DNA from: Alphaproteobacteria bacterium
GTDB taxonomy: Bacteria > Pseudomonadota > Alphaproteobacteria > UBA828
DNA: 64,000 nt
Reading direction: 5' to 3'
NCBI GenBank assembly: GCA_965214705.1
Contig: OZ243972.1
Span: 2,208,001 to 2,272,000, forward strand
In this document: in pieces, positions 20,564 through 30,916 of the stretch
How positions within the stretch are numbered: position 1 is the stretch's first letter
How the letters are laid out: each line of letters starts with the position of its first letter
The notes under the pieces: model-generated
Told to the model about the DNA's origin: nothing
The model's database searches: none
Seen by the model: the letters and a program-made list of their open reading frames with translations, nothing else
Made by a program: the position numbers and the translations under genes

Positions 20564-21126
20564 AGGTCCACCGGCCGCGGGCCCGAGCGCGGCTGGTCAA
20601 AGTCCGAATCGTCGCCCACGTCCGGAAACGCGAGGAGGTGATCGACGAAGCTGCCCGAGGAAGTCACGCGACGGCTCTCGACCAATGCGACGCCCGCGTC
20701 GGACAACGCCCAGACCCCGCGCGGCGAATCGTCGCGGAGATATCCGTCTTGAACCAGGTCTTCGCGTGCCGACTTCACGGTACTTCTCCATCTGTCGTCG
20801 CCCGCGCTGATTCGATCGAAATCGCCGGGCGTCATGTAGCGTTTCACGCGCTCTCTCAGGGCCGGATAAACTTCGCGCCCACTCGCGCTGCCGCCTCGCT
20901 CATAGATGACATCCATGAGGGGCTCTCTAACGGTTTCCTCCGGTGGTCCCGGAGCATGATCGCCGCTTGGTGGAACGGGGACTGCGGCCGTTGGGGCGTG
21001 TGTCTCACGATAGCGTTCGGCGGCGTCCAGCGCCTTCGCAAGGGCCGAGTCCGCCGAGTCCACGAGCGGCTCCGCCCACGCCTTCAGTCGTTGCATCGAT
21101 TCGTCAGAAATGCGGATTGTCGGCAC
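20560..21126 (-). CDS. Putative multidomain antitoxin (RHH-like N-terminus, Mrr_N-like winged helix, acidic VapB-like tail)
   Basis: GTG 21126 after a GAGGA RBS. MPTIRISDESMQRLKAWAEPL; Mrr_N-like RWRSTVKSAREDLVQDGYLRDDSPRGVWALSDAG; tail SFVDHLLAFPDVGDDSDFDQPRSGPRPVDL. Confidence 0.75.
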
Positions 21127-21170
21127 GGCACCATTCCTCGAACGAGACGATGTGAGTTTATTTGTAAGTA

Positions 21171-21199
21171 ATAATGTGACAAACAATCCAAAGTGTCAA
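21171..21199 (-). promoter_or_regulatory. sigma70 promoter of the TA operon
   Basis: Minus strand TTGACA-17 bp-CATTAT in an AT-rich patch. Confidence 0.7.
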
Positions 21200-21260
21200 C
21201 CACGCTATTCAGGAGCCGTCAGCATGCTGCGTTAGACCATAAGTAGCGACGCGGGAAGGC

Positions 21261-22166
21261 TCAGGCGCCCTCGAGGCACCAGAGCAGGATCGACTTCTGC
21301 GCCGGCACGCGGTTGGCCGCCTCGTCGAACACCACGGATTGCGGGCCGTCCAGCACCGCGTCGGTCACCTCGCAGCCCCGCTTCGCCGGCAGGCAGTGCA
21401 TGAAGATCGCGTCGGGCGCCGCCATCGCCATTACCGCCTCGTTGACCCGGTAGGGCTCAAACGACACGTTGCCCTTGCGCGCAGGGTCATCGTGCAGCGA
21501 CACCCAAGTGTCGGTCACCACGCAGTGGGCGCCGGTCACCGCGCCGGCCACGTCGGTGCCGACCTCGATGTCGGCGCCCCGCTCCTTCGCCCAGGCGACG
21601 ATCTCGGCTGGCGGCGGGTACGCGGCCGGGCAGGCGAGGCGCAGGCTGAAGCCACAGTGCGCGGCGGTCTGTACCCAGGTCGCGGCCATGTTGTTGCCGT
21701 CGCCCAACCAGGCGACGGTGCGGCCTGCGATGGGGCCCCGGTGCTCCTCGTAGGTCATCACGTCGGCCACCAGCTGGCAGGGGTGGCTGCGGTCGGAGAG
21801 TGCGTTGATCACCGGCACGCTCGCGCCGTCGGCGAGCGCCAGCAGGGTCTCGTGGGAGCTCGTGCGCAGCGCGATCGCATCGACATAGCGCGAGAGCACG
21901 CGCGCGGTGTCCTCGATGGTCTCGCCGCGCCCGAGCTGCATGTCAGACGCGGTCATTGTGATGGTCTTGCCGCCGAGTTCGTCCATGGCGACCTCGAACG
22001 AGACCCGCGTGCGAGTCGACGGGCTCTCGAAGATCGCGGCGAGGGTCCTGCCGGCGAGCGGCGCGGCGTCGTTCCGCCCCTTGAGCGTGCGTGCGCGGTC
22101 GATGGTCGCGCGCAGCGTGGCGGCGTCGATCCCGTCGAAGTCGAGAAAGTGGCGCGGCTGCGTCAC
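21261..22166 (-). CDS. argF: Ornithine carbamoyltransferase
   Basis: STRTRVSF, HPCQ, VTDTWVS and FMHCLP motifs. GTG start overlaps the argD stop. Confidence 0.95.
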   Translation of the reverse strand: MTQPRHFLDFDGIDAATLRATIDRARTLKGRNDAAPLAGRTLAAIFESPSTRTRVSFEVAMDELGGKTITMTASDMQLGRGETIEDTARVLSRYVDAIALRTSSHETLLALADGASVPVINALSDRSHPCQLVADVMTYEEHRGPIAGRTVAWLGDGNNMAATWVQTAAHCGFSLRLACPAAYPPPAEIVAWAKERGADIEVGTDVAGAVTGAHCVVTDTWVSLHDDPARKGNVSFEPYRVNEAVMAMAAPDAIFMHCLPAKRGCEVTDAVLDGPQSVVFDEAANRVPAQKSILLWCLEGA

Positions 22167-23332
22167 GACCTCACCTGGGCCAGGGCCCGCTCCAGCGCGT
22201 CGCAGGCCTCGTCGATCTCGGCCTCGCCGATGTTGAGCGGGGGCAGCATGCGGAGCACGTTGCTGTCGGCAGGCAGCGCCAGCACCTTGTTCTCGCGCAG
22301 CGCGCCGAGAAGCTCCATGTTGGGCACGACGCACTCCAGGCCCAGCATCATGCCGCGTCCGCGCACGCCGGTGTAGACACTCTTGTTACCGGCAAGCGCG
22401 GTCAGCCGCTCCGCCAGCAGCGCGGCGTTCTTCTGCACGGTGTCGAGGAACCCGTCGGCGAGCACCACGTCGAGCACGGCATTGCCCACCGCGCACGCCA
22501 TCGGGTTGCCGCCGAAGGTGGTGCCGTGGCTGCCGGGGACCATCGCCGCCGCGACCTCCTCCCGCGCGAGGCAGGCACCCATCGGGAAGCCGTTCCCCAG
22601 CGCCTTGGCGACACCCATGATGTCGGGCGTCACGCCCGCCCACTCGTGGGCGAAGAGCCGGCCGGTGCGGCCCACGCCGCACTGCACCTCGTCGAAGATG
22701 AGCACCAGGCCCGCTTCGTCCGCGAGCGCGCGCAAGCCCTGCAGGAACGCGTCGGTCGCCGGATGAACGCCGCCCTCACCCTGGATCGGCTCGACCAGCA
22801 GCGCTGCGGTCTCGTCGCCGATCGCAGCGCGGGTCGCATCGAGGTCGTTCAGGTCCACCTGGTCGAAGGCATCCACGGCAGGCTCGAATCCCTTGAGGTG
22901 CTTGGCCTGCGCGCCCGCCGCGATGGTCGCGAGCGTCCGCCCGTGGAAGGCGTTGCGGAAGGTGACCACGCGGTAGCGCTCGGGCGCGCCGCGGCTGGTC
23001 TGGTAGATGCGCGCGAGCTTGATCGCGCACTCCATCGCCTCGGCCCCGGAATTGCAGAACAGCACTCGGTCGGCGAAAGACGCGGCGGTGAGCCGCTCGG
23101 CGAGACGCGCCTGCGGCGGAATGTGGTAGAGGTTGGAGACGTGCCAGAGTTCTTTGGCCTGCCCCTCCAGCGCGGCGACCACGTGCGGATGCGCGTGGCC
23201 CAGGCTGGTCACGCCGATGCCGCAGCCGAAATCCAGGTAGCGCGCGCCGTCGGCCGTGTAGAGGTACGATCCCTCGCCCCGCTCAAAGGTGAGGTCGAAA
23301 CGGCCATAGTTGGCCATCAATGAGGTGGACAC
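22163..23332 (-). CDS. argD: Acetylornithine aminotransferase
   Basis: NSGAEA, FHGRTL, EPIQGEGG, DEVQCGVGRTG, AKALGNG and HGTTFGGNP motifs; upstream of argF. Confidence 0.92.
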   Translation of the reverse strand: MSTSLMANYGRFDLTFERGEGSYLYTADGARYLDFGCGIGVTSLGHAHPHVVAALEGQAKELWHVSNLYHIPPQARLAERLTAASFADRVLFCNSGAEAMECAIKLARIYQTSRGAPERYRVVTFRNAFHGRTLATIAAGAQAKHLKGFEPAVDAFDQVDLNDLDATRAAIGDETAALLVEPIQGEGGVHPATDAFLQGLRALADEAGLVLIFDEVQCGVGRTGRLFAHEWAGVTPDIMGVAKALGNGFPMGACLAREEVAAAMVPGSHGTTFGGNPMACAVGNAVLDVVLADGFLDTVQKNAALLAERLTALAGNKSVYTGVRGRGMMLGLECVVPNMELLGALRENKVLALPADSNVLRMLPPLNIGEAEIDEACDALERALAQVRS

Positions 23333-23416
23333 GGCAGCGCCTCCCAAGATTTGGAAAGCGCGCACTATCCGTTCAGAGGCCCCTCAAGTCAACGCGCTAG
23401 CACGCTGAACAAGGGA

Positions 23417-25084
23417 TCAGATCGGGTATTCGATCTTCCCGAGGCGCGCGGACAGCTTCATGTTCTCGCCGTAGTCGATGGGCACGCCGATCACCGCCGG
23501 CCCCGGCTGCCTGAAGGCCTCCTCCAGCGCGGGCACGAGCTCATCGGCCTTTTCGATGGTGCGCCCCCAGGCGCCGTAGGACTCGGCCCAGAGCTGGAGG
23601 TCCGGGTTGGTGAACGAGAGGTCGAAGTGCCGGCCGTCGAAGGCGTTGCGCTGCTTCCACTCGATCAGCCCGTAGGCGCCGTCCATCCAGATCATGGCGA
23701 CGACGTTGAGCTTGCGCCTGACCGCAGTCTCCATGTCCTGCGCGTTCATGAAGAACCCGGCATCGCCGTTGATCGAGAGGATGCGCCGCTCGGGAATGGC
23801 GATCTTCGCCCCGAGCGAGCCGGGGAAGGCGAAGCCCATGGTGCAGAAGCCGTTGGAGATGAGGCAGGTGTTCGCCTCGTCGCACTGGTAGTAGCGGGCG
23901 ATCCACATCTTGTGCGCGCCCACGTCGGAGAGCAGCACGTCCTCCGGCCCCATGACGTTGCGCACGTCGTAGAGCACCTTCTGTGGGCGCATGGGGAAGT
24001 GGCTGCTGCCCCGCTCGGCGGTGAGGTCGTCGTGGATGGTGTGGCGCAGCGCCTGGCGCTCGCCGATATCGAACAGCGGCAGGTTCGCGCCGCCGTCGGC
24101 GCTGCGCCGCTCGATCTCTTCGTTGATCTGCCAGAGCGCATCGGCAATGTCGCCGGCGACATCGACCTCCACCTGGTAGTCGCCGTCCACCTCGGCCGGC
24201 CAGAAGTCGATATGGACGATGGTCTTTTCCGTGCCGCGGTTCCAGAAGGCCGGTGAGTACTCCACCAGATCGTAGCCGACGGAGACGATCACGTCGGCCT
24301 CGCGCAGCGCCGCGATGATGTGGTCCTTGCCCTGCAGGCCCACGGTGAAGAGGCAGTGCTCGTCGCCCCTCGGCACGGCCCCCTTGCCCATGAAGGTGTT
24401 GACCACGCCGATGCCGGTGAGATCGGCGAGGCGCCTGAGCTGCGTCGACGCCCGCTTGCGGATGGCGCCGTTGCCGGCGAGGATCAGCGGGTTCTTGGCA
24501 CCCATGATCGCATCCACCGACCGTGCCACCGCCTTGTAGTCGGCACCGGGGCGCCGGGTCTTGATCGGGGCGATCGGCGCACCGCTCGCCTCGTGCTCCG
24601 CGATGTCCTCCGGCAGCTCGATCAGCACCGCGCCCGGCTTCTCGGCTTCCGCGACCTTGAAGGCCTTGCGCACGATCTCGGGGATGTTGTCCGGCTGGTG
24701 CACCGTCTGCGCCCACTTGGTGATGGGGCGGAACATGGAGACCGAATCCATGTTCTGGTGGCTCTCCTTGTGGAGGCGCTGGGTGCCGGCCTGGCCGATG
24801 AGGCAGACCAGCGGCGCGCGGTCCATGTTGGCGTCGGCCACGCCGGTGACAAGGTTGGTCGCGCCAGGCCCCAAGGTGCCGAGGCAGACACCGGCCTTCC
24901 CCGTGAGCCGGCCGTAGACGTCCGCCATGAAGGCCGCCGCCTGCTCGTGCCGGCAGAGGACGAAATCGATGTCGCTGTCCATCAGCGACATCATCACGTC
25001 GGCGTTTTCTTCGCCCGGAATCCCGAAGATGTGGGTCACGCCCTCGGTTTCGAGGCATTTGACCATCAGATCGGACGCTTTCAT
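23417..25084 (-). CDS. Acetolactate synthase large subunit family TPP enzyme
   Basis: FGIPGEEN, RHEQAAAFMA, LGPGATN, SDVGAHKMW and GDAGF motifs. No small subunit adjacent. Confidence 0.9.
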   Translation of the reverse strand: MKASDLMVKCLETEGVTHIFGIPGEENADVMMSLMDSDIDFVLCRHEQAAAFMADVYGRLTGKAGVCLGTLGPGATNLVTGVADANMDRAPLVCLIGQAGTQRLHKESHQNMDSVSMFRPITKWAQTVHQPDNIPEIVRKAFKVAEAEKPGAVLIELPEDIAEHEASGAPIAPIKTRRPGADYKAVARSVDAIMGAKNPLILAGNGAIRKRASTQLRRLADLTGIGVVNTFMGKGAVPRGDEHCLFTVGLQGKDHIIAALREADVIVSVGYDLVEYSPAFWNRGTEKTIVHIDFWPAEVDGDYQVEVDVAGDIADALWQINEEIERRSADGGANLPLFDIGERQALRHTIHDDLTAERGSSHFPMRPQKVLYDVRNVMGPEDVLLSDVGAHKMWIARYYQCDEANTCLISNGFCTMGFAFPGSLGAKIAIPERRILSINGDAGFFMNAQDMETAVRRKLNVVAMIWMDGAYGLIEWKQRNAFDGRHFDLSFTNPDLQLWAESYGAWGRTIEKADELVPALEEAFRQPGPAVIGVPIDYGENMKLSARLGKIEYPI

Positions 25085-25252
25085 GGAGCCCCCTTCCAGG
25101 GCGCGGACTCGTCCACCGCGCCCGGTTGAATGCGCGGCGCACGATGCGGCTGCGGCCCGCCCAAGTCAACGCGCCCGGAGCGCGGATCACGCCTCTGTTT
25201 GAACTGTTGAAGGATCGTGCGGAGCTAACGTCCAGCGCGACTCTGGCTTGGC

Positions 25253-25441
25253 CTAATGACGCTTGGCCTTGTGAGAAGGTGGAGCGGAGCGCGCTTTGTC
25301 CTGCAACGCCTCGGCGTCGTCTTCGCGCGCCTGCTGCGCGATGTCCTCCTCGTTCGTCGCATCCAGCACCGCACGATCGACCCGCCCCGGAGGAAGGCTG
25401 CGCGGATCATCCGGGTCAATCTTGACGCGTGTTTTGCTCAT
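25253..25441 (-). pseudogene. Probable truncated HTH antitoxin remnant
   Basis: MSKTRVKIDPDDPRSLPPGRVDRAVLDATNEEDIAQQAREDDAEALQD resembles, from recall, the N-terminus of HigA/XRE-type antitoxins. It stops before any HTH. Confidence 0.5.
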
Positions 25442-25476
25442 GCTTCCGAACCTCCTTCCTCGTGCTGTAACGGCGC

Positions 25477-27810
25477 CTAACCTGGCGCGTCGTCGCCCGA
25501 GCTGCCTGCGTCTTCCGGTACGTCGCCGGTCCCCCCGCGCGGCGTGCGCTCGCGCCGCTTGGTCCGATTCTCCCTCTCCTCCTCTTCGCTGGAAGAGGCG
25601 GCGGCTGGCGCGTCCGCGTCCGCCCGCGCGTCTTCGATCACCACCCGGGCGGCCGGCGCGCGGCCCTGCTTGTCCTCCCCGAAGTAGATCTGCGTGTGGG
25701 GGAAGGGAATCTCGATCCCTCGTTCGTCGAACGCCGCCTTGAGCCTGCGGTTGTATTCCCGCCCGGTCGCCCACTGCGTGAGCGGCTTGGTCTTGAGTCT
25801 GGCGCGCACGATAACGGCCGAATCGCCGAAGCTGTTGAGGCCCATGATCTCCAGCGGCTCCAGCATGTTGGGGCCGATCTCCGGGTCCTGCTGCAGCTCC
25901 GCGCCCACCTCGCGCATGACTTCCACCACCTCGTCGTAGTCCTCGCGGTAAGCCACACCCATGTCGATCAGGTAGTAGGAGAACTCCTTGGTCATGTTGG
26001 AGATCGTGTCGACACCGCTGAACGGCACGGTGTGCACGTGGCCCTGCAGGTCGCGCAGCCGGATGGTGCGGATCGTGATCGCCTCCACCGTGCCGGTATG
26101 GCCGCCTGCGGTCACCACGTCGCCCACGGCGACACTGTCCTCCAGCAGGATGAAGAGCCCGGTGATGATGTCCTTCACCAGGGTCTGCGCGCCGAAGCCG
26201 ATAGCGAGGCCGGCGACGCCCACGCCCGCCAGCACAGGCGCGATATCCAGGCCGATCTCCGAGAGGATCATCAGCGCCGCGATCACGCCGACGACGACGC
26301 GGAGCGCGTTGCGCGCGAGCGGCAGCAGGGTGCGGGCACGCTGGCTCCGCTCTACCAGCTCGCCCTTCTCGTCGACCTGGGTGAGGTAGCGGTCGACGAG
26401 GGTGGTCGCCACTTCGAGCACGATCGTCGCAATGAGGGCGATGGCGACGATCGAGGCGATCGTCGCGATCACGGCGCGGCCGATTTCGCTCGCGAGCCAG
26501 GTGAATATGTCGGCGTTCCACGCTTCGAGGATGAGGCAGATCCCCAGCAGCAGGATCACCGCCTGCGCCGCCCGGCGTGCCACCGGCAGGTAGCGGTTGA
26601 CCCGTGCCTGTAGTCCCGGATAGCGCTCGTGCAGCTCGGCACGGATGCGAAAGCCTCGCTCGAAGCCGCGCCGGACGCCTGCGAAGCCGAAGCCCGTGGC
26701 CCAGGCGATCAAGAGAGTGAGCGCGCTCCCCTTGATCAGGAAGAGGAAGCCATCCAGCCCCTCCGCCGCAGCCAGCAGACCGCCGGCGACGACGTAGAGG
26801 ATCGCCGGGATGTGCCAGAAATCCGCGAGCTTTCCCAGGAACGCGAAGACCCTGAGGTGCGCCCGCGTGCCGCTGGTCCGCCCGGTCTCGTGCAGCCAGC
26901 GCGCGAACGCCAGGCGATTCTGCAGGATGAAGGTGATGAGGAGCCCGACCAGGAGGATGCCGAGCAGGCGGATCAGCGCATCGTGACCGCTCTCTGGCAG
27001 GCCGAGCAGCAGCGCCGCCTGGCAGAAGACGTAGCCGTAGGCCCCGATGTTTACCAGGCGCCGCCACCAGACCGAGCAATAGGCGGCGTTCTCGTCGGTG
27101 ATCGGGGCGAGGCGAAGCTGCGGCGCGTAAGGCGCCAGCACCAGGGTGCCTGCCACTTTGACCACGGTCACGATGAGATGCGCATTGATGATTGCGAGCG
27201 CGATCACCCGAACCGAGTCGACCGGCGATATCACGGTCAGCACGCCGTAGGCCACACCGGCCGCGATCAGGTTGGGTGCCGCCCCAAGCACGGCGTGATA
27301 AAGCAGCAGCACCGGCCGGAGCCAGAGGGAGGGTGCCTCCCGCCGCTCCACCCGGCGCCTGAGCGCGGTGAGCGCGTAGAAGGCGATCAAGCCGCCGATG
27401 ATCCCACCGGCCATGACGGCGGCCAGCTTGCCGAAGGAGATCAGCCAGGCGTCGCGCTCGCTCGGCTCGCCCCAATGCTCGACCAGCCAGGCGATGGCGT
27501 CGGGGATGCCGGCGATTTCCCGCGCGAGCGCGACGATGTGCTTGCCGAGGACGGCGACGCCGTCCGAGATCGCGCGCATGGCGGACGCACCCTCGGCATT
27601 CTCGCTCGCCTCCGTCGCCTGCTGGGCCTCCAGCGCGGCCTTGAGGTTCGCGATGAAGCGCTCGCGCTGCTCCGGCGATTCGAGGGTCTCGACCAGGCTT
27701 TCGAGGGCTTGAGCGTCGGCCGCGTCGGCGGCGGGCGCACTTTCCTGGGCAAACGCCGGCGCGCTCGCGGCGAGCCACAGGGTCGCCAGCAGCAGCGCCG
27801 CGGCCCTCAC
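25477..27810 (-). CDS. Large MscS family mechanosensitive channel (YbiO-like)
   Basis: Signal peptide, many TMs, GLAIGFGAQTLVKDIITG and GIEIPFPH. Start uncertain (27810 or further upstream). Confidence 0.9.
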   Translation of the reverse strand: MRAAALLLATLWLAASAPAFAQESAPAADAADAQALESLVETLESPEQRERFIANLKAALEAQQATEASENAEGASAMRAISDGVAVLGKHIVALAREIAGIPDAIAWLVEHWGEPSERDAWLISFGKLAAVMAGGIIGGLIAFYALTALRRRVERREAPSLWLRPVLLLYHAVLGAAPNLIAAGVAYGVLTVISPVDSVRVIALAIINAHLIVTVVKVAGTLVLAPYAPQLRLAPITDENAAYCSVWWRRLVNIGAYGYVFCQAALLLGLPESGHDALIRLLGILLVGLLITFILQNRLAFARWLHETGRTSGTRAHLRVFAFLGKLADFWHIPAILYVVAGGLLAAAEGLDGFLFLIKGSALTLLIAWATGFGFAGVRRGFERGFRIRAELHERYPGLQARVNRYLPVARRAAQAVILLLGICLILEAWNADIFTWLASEIGRAVIATIASIVAIALIATIVLEVATTLVDRYLTQVDEKGELVERSQRARTLLPLARNALRVVVGVIAALMILSEIGLDIAPVLAGVGVAGLAIGFGAQTLVKDIITGLFILLEDSVAVGDVVTAGGHTGTVEAITIRTIRLRDLQGHVHTVPFSGVDTISNMTKEFSYYLIDMGVAYREDYDEVVEVMREVGAELQQDPEIGPNMLEPLEIMGLNSFGDSAVIVRARLKTKPLTQWATGREYNRRLKAAFDERGIEIPFPHTQIYFGEDKQGRAPAARVVIEDARADADAPAAASSSEEEERENRTKRRERTPRGGTGDVPEDAGSSGDDAPG

Positions 27811-27907
27811 GATACGTGCGCGCGAGGCGCATGGGGCCGGCCTCTGGACACCCCGCGTGAGCGCGTGCCAGAGTGCCGCCGCCCTGCGATGCACCGGGAG
27901 GGACGAC

Positions 27908-28255
27908 ATGGCGGTGACTATTTACCACAACCCGCGCTGCTCCAAGTCCCGTCAAACATTGCAGTTGTTGCAGGACCGGGGCATCGAGCCGGAAATCGTG
28001 GAGTATCTGAAGACACCGCCCTCGGCCGACGAGTTGGGTGCCGTGCTCGCCAAGCTCGGGATCGAGCCACGCGCGCTGATGCGAACGAAGGAGGCCGCCT
28101 ACCGCGAAGCCGGCATGGCCGACGAAGCTCTCTCCCGCCGCGCGCTGATCGACCTCATGGTGGCCAATCCCATCGTCATCGAGCGGCCCATCGTCGTGAA
28201 CGGCGCCCGCGCGGCCCTCGGCCGGCCGCCCGAGAGCGTGTTGTCGATCCTTTAG
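27908..28255 (+). CDS. arsC: Arsenate reductase (glutaredoxin-dependent) family
   Basis: IYHNPRCSKSR, IERPIV and LGRPPE motifs. Confidence 0.9.
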   Translation: MAVTIYHNPRCSKSRQTLQLLQDRGIEPEIVEYLKTPPSADELGAVLAKLGIEPRALMRTKEAAYREAGMADEALSRRALIDLMVANPIVIERPIVVNGARAALGRPPESVLSIL

Positions 28256-28272
28256 CCCTGCATCCGGTGCCT

Positions 28273-29223
28273 GTGACCCTTCCGGTCGTCTTTCACCCCG
28301 ATTACACGGTTCCGCTGCCGCCCGGCCATCGCTTCCCCATCGGGAAGTTCGGCCGGATCAAGGACGTGCTGCTGGAGGACGGCGTGATTCCTCAGGCGAG
28401 CCTCGTCGAGCCCACGCCCGCGTCGCGAGAGTGGCTGACGCTCGCCCATGATGAGGTCTACGTCGACACGGTGCTGACGCTCGCGCTCGACCGTCGCGCC
28501 GTCCGCCGGCTCGGGTTGCCGCTCTCCGACGCCCTGGTGCGCCGCGGCCGCGCCGCCGTGGGCGGGACGGTGCTCACCGGCCGTCTCGCGCTTGAGCACG
28601 GGCTCGCCTGCAACACGGCGGGTGGCAGCCACCACGCCTTCGCCGATCACGGTGCAGGCTTCTGCCTCTTCAACGATGTCGCCGTCGCCATCCGCGTGCT
28701 GCGCAGCGAGGGGCTGATTGAACGGGCCCTGGTGGTCGATCTCGACGTCCATCAGGGTGATGGCACCGCCGCGATCTTTCGTGACCAGCCAGAGGTCTTC
28801 ACCTTCTCGCTCCACTGCGAGGCCAACTATCCTCCCTCAAAGGAGACAAGCGATCTCGATATCGGTGTCCCGCCCGGCACCGGCGACGACGTCTATCACT
28901 CCGTGCTGGCGACCCACCTGCCGGCGCTGCTCGCGGACCATCGGCCGGACATCGTGTTCTACAATGCCGGCGTCGATCCCCATATGGAGGACAAGCTCGG
29001 CCGGCTCGCCCTTGGCGACGGCGGGCTCGCTAGGCGTGACCGCTACGTGATCGAGACCTGCCGCGAGGCCGATGTGCCGACCGCCTGCGTGGTGGGCGGC
29101 GGCTACGCCGACGATCTTGACCGGCTGGCGCTCCGGCATACGAGTGTCCACCGGGCTGCGGCCCTGGTGGCGGCCTCGGCGGACGGGCGCGCCAGGGTGC
29201 GGGTTGCGGGAGGGAGAGGATGA
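28273..29223 (+). CDS. Histone deacetylase family protein
   Basis: HRFP, GGSHHA, GFCLFND, DLDVHQGDGT, AGVDP and GGGY motifs. Confidence 0.92.
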   Translation: MTLPVVFHPDYTVPLPPGHRFPIGKFGRIKDVLLEDGVIPQASLVEPTPASREWLTLAHDEVYVDTVLTLALDRRAVRRLGLPLSDALVRRGRAAVGGTVLTGRLALEHGLACNTAGGSHHAFADHGAGFCLFNDVAVAIRVLRSEGLIERALVVDLDVHQGDGTAAIFRDQPEVFTFSLHCEANYPPSKETSDLDIGVPPGTGDDVYHSVLATHLPALLADHRPDIVFYNAGVDPHMEDKLGRLALGDGGLARRDRYVIETCREADVPTACVVGGGYADDLDRLALRHTSVHRAAALVAASADGRARVRVAGGRG

Positions 29224-30251
29224 AGGCTGCGGTGATCCACGGCTACGGCGAGGCCTTCGACACGATCGTCTACGAGGACGTGCAGACACCTGCGGCGGGC
29301 CCTGGCGAGCTCCTCATCAAGGTCCATGTCTCCGGCGTGAACCACTGCGACACCGACCTGCGCAAGGGGCTCTTCGGCGTGGAAAGCCCCATGCCGCACG
29401 TGATGGGCGTGGACGCGGCAGGCGCGGTCGCGGATGTGGGCGCCGGGGTGACGGGGTTCAGCGAGGGCGATCGGGTCGCGCCGCACTTCATGCTGAGCTG
29501 CGGCGCCTGCGGCGACTGCCGCGACGGTCGCGAGAACCTATGCCTGAACGCAGGCGTGCTAGGCGTCACCCATTGGGGCGGCTACGCGGAATATGTGCGC
29601 GTGCGCCACGACCACGTCGTCCGCATCCCCGATTCGCTCTCCTACGAAGACGCGGTGGCCGGCCAGATTCCCTTCGCTACTGCCTGGGAGGCGCTGATCG
29701 AGGAGATCGCCCTCCGCACCGGCGAGACGGTGCTGATCACCGCGGCAGGCGGCGGCGTGGGCTCCGCCGCGGTGCAGATCGCGAAGCTCGCGGGCGCACG
29801 CGTGATCGCCGCCGCAGGCTCCGAGGAGAAGCTGGAGAAGGCCCGCGCGCTGGGCGCCGACGCGGCCATCGACTACACCCGCGAGGACATCGGCAACGCT
29901 GCCCGCCGGCTTACCGATGGCCGCGGCGTCGATGCGGCGCTGGAGATGACCGGCGGCGCGATCCTGGTGGGCGCCATCGACGCGCTCGCGCCCGGCGCCC
30001 GGCTCGCCACCATCGGCGCCCACGGCGGCGAGCGGGTGGAGATCGACTTCATCGAGTTCTTCCGCAAGCACATTGCGGTGCACGGCTGCGGGCGCTCGAC
30101 CAAGGCCCATGTCGAGCGCGTGCTCGGGCTGATGGCGGAGGGCCACCTCAAGCCGGTGATCCATCAGGTCTTCGCCTTGAGCGAGGCGCCGGCGGCCCAC
30201 GCGTTGATGGAGAGCCGCAACTTCTTTGGCCGCATGATCATGCGGCCCTAG
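29220..30251 (+). CDS. Zinc-binding dehydrogenase (MDR)
   Basis: CGACGDC...C structural Zn site and GGGVGSAA. Confidence 0.9.
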   Translation: MKAAVIHGYGEAFDTIVYEDVQTPAAGPGELLIKVHVSGVNHCDTDLRKGLFGVESPMPHVMGVDAAGAVADVGAGVTGFSEGDRVAPHFMLSCGACGDCRDGRENLCLNAGVLGVTHWGGYAEYVRVRHDHVVRIPDSLSYEDAVAGQIPFATAWEALIEEIALRTGETVLITAAGGGVGSAAVQIAKLAGARVIAAAGSEEKLEKARALGADAAIDYTREDIGNAARRLTDGRGVDAALEMTGGAILVGAIDALAPGARLATIGAHGGERVEIDFIEFFRKHIAVHGCGRSTKAHVERVLGLMAEGHLKPVIHQVFALSEAPAAHALMESRNFFGRMIMRP

Positions 30252-30265
30252 TCCGGCCGATCGCG

Positions 30266-30916
30266 GTGCCCGATCCGCTCGGCAACTTCGCCTTCACCTG
30301 GCCGTTCTACGCTGGCGGGGTCATCGCCTATCTGATCGGCGCGCTCCCTATGGGGCTGATCGTGGCGCGCCTCTTCAAGCTCGGCGACCTGCGGCGCATC
30401 GGCTCCGGCAACATCGGGGCGACCAACGTGCTGCGCACCGGCAACAAGGCAGCAGCCGCGCTCACCCTGCTGCTAGACGGCGGCAAGGGCGCCGTTGCCG
30501 TGGTCATCGCCCAGCGCTTCGGCCCCGACATGGCGGTGATCGCCGCCGGCTGCGTGGTCGTGGGCCACATCGCGCCGGTCTGGCTGCTCTTCAAGGGCGG
30601 CAAGGGCGTGGCCACGACCTTGGGCGTCCTGCTCGCCATCGCGTGGCCCGTGGGGCTCGTCGCCTGCGGTCTCTGGCTCGCCGTCGCCGGTCTCTTCCGG
30701 TATTCCTCCCTCGCCGCCTTGATCGCGATTTGCGCGTCGCCAGGCTTCGCGATCCTCTTCGACATGCCGCAGATCTCGTGGCTCGCCGGCTTCCTCGCGG
30801 TCATCGTGACGCTGCGTCACGGGGCGAACATCGTGCGCCTCGCGCGGGGCCGCGAGCCCCGTATTGGCCGGAGCACCCCCGCCCCACCCGAAGCCGATCC
30901 CAAGGCGGACCAATGA
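30266..30916 (+). CDS. plsY: Glycerol-3-phosphate acyltransferase PlsY
   Basis: GSGNIGATNVLRTG, DGGKG, FKGGKGVAT and RHGANI motifs. Confidence 0.95.
   Translation: MPDPLGNFAFTWPFYAGGVIAYLIGALPMGLIVARLFKLGDLRRIGSGNIGATNVLRTGNKAAAALTLLLDGGKGAVAVVIAQRFGPDMAVIAAGCVVVGHIAPVWLLFKGGKGVATTLGVLLAIAWPVGLVACGLWLAVAGLFRYSSLAALIAICASPGFAILFDMPQISWLAGFLAVIVTLRHGANIVRLARGREPRIGRSTPAPPEADPKADQ

Noticed and set aside
25253-29223. 900-aa and 864-aa ORFs suggesting large fusions
   Set aside because: Only their 3' ends are plausible genes (antitoxin stub; deacetylase). The rest overlaps mscS/arsC in other frames.
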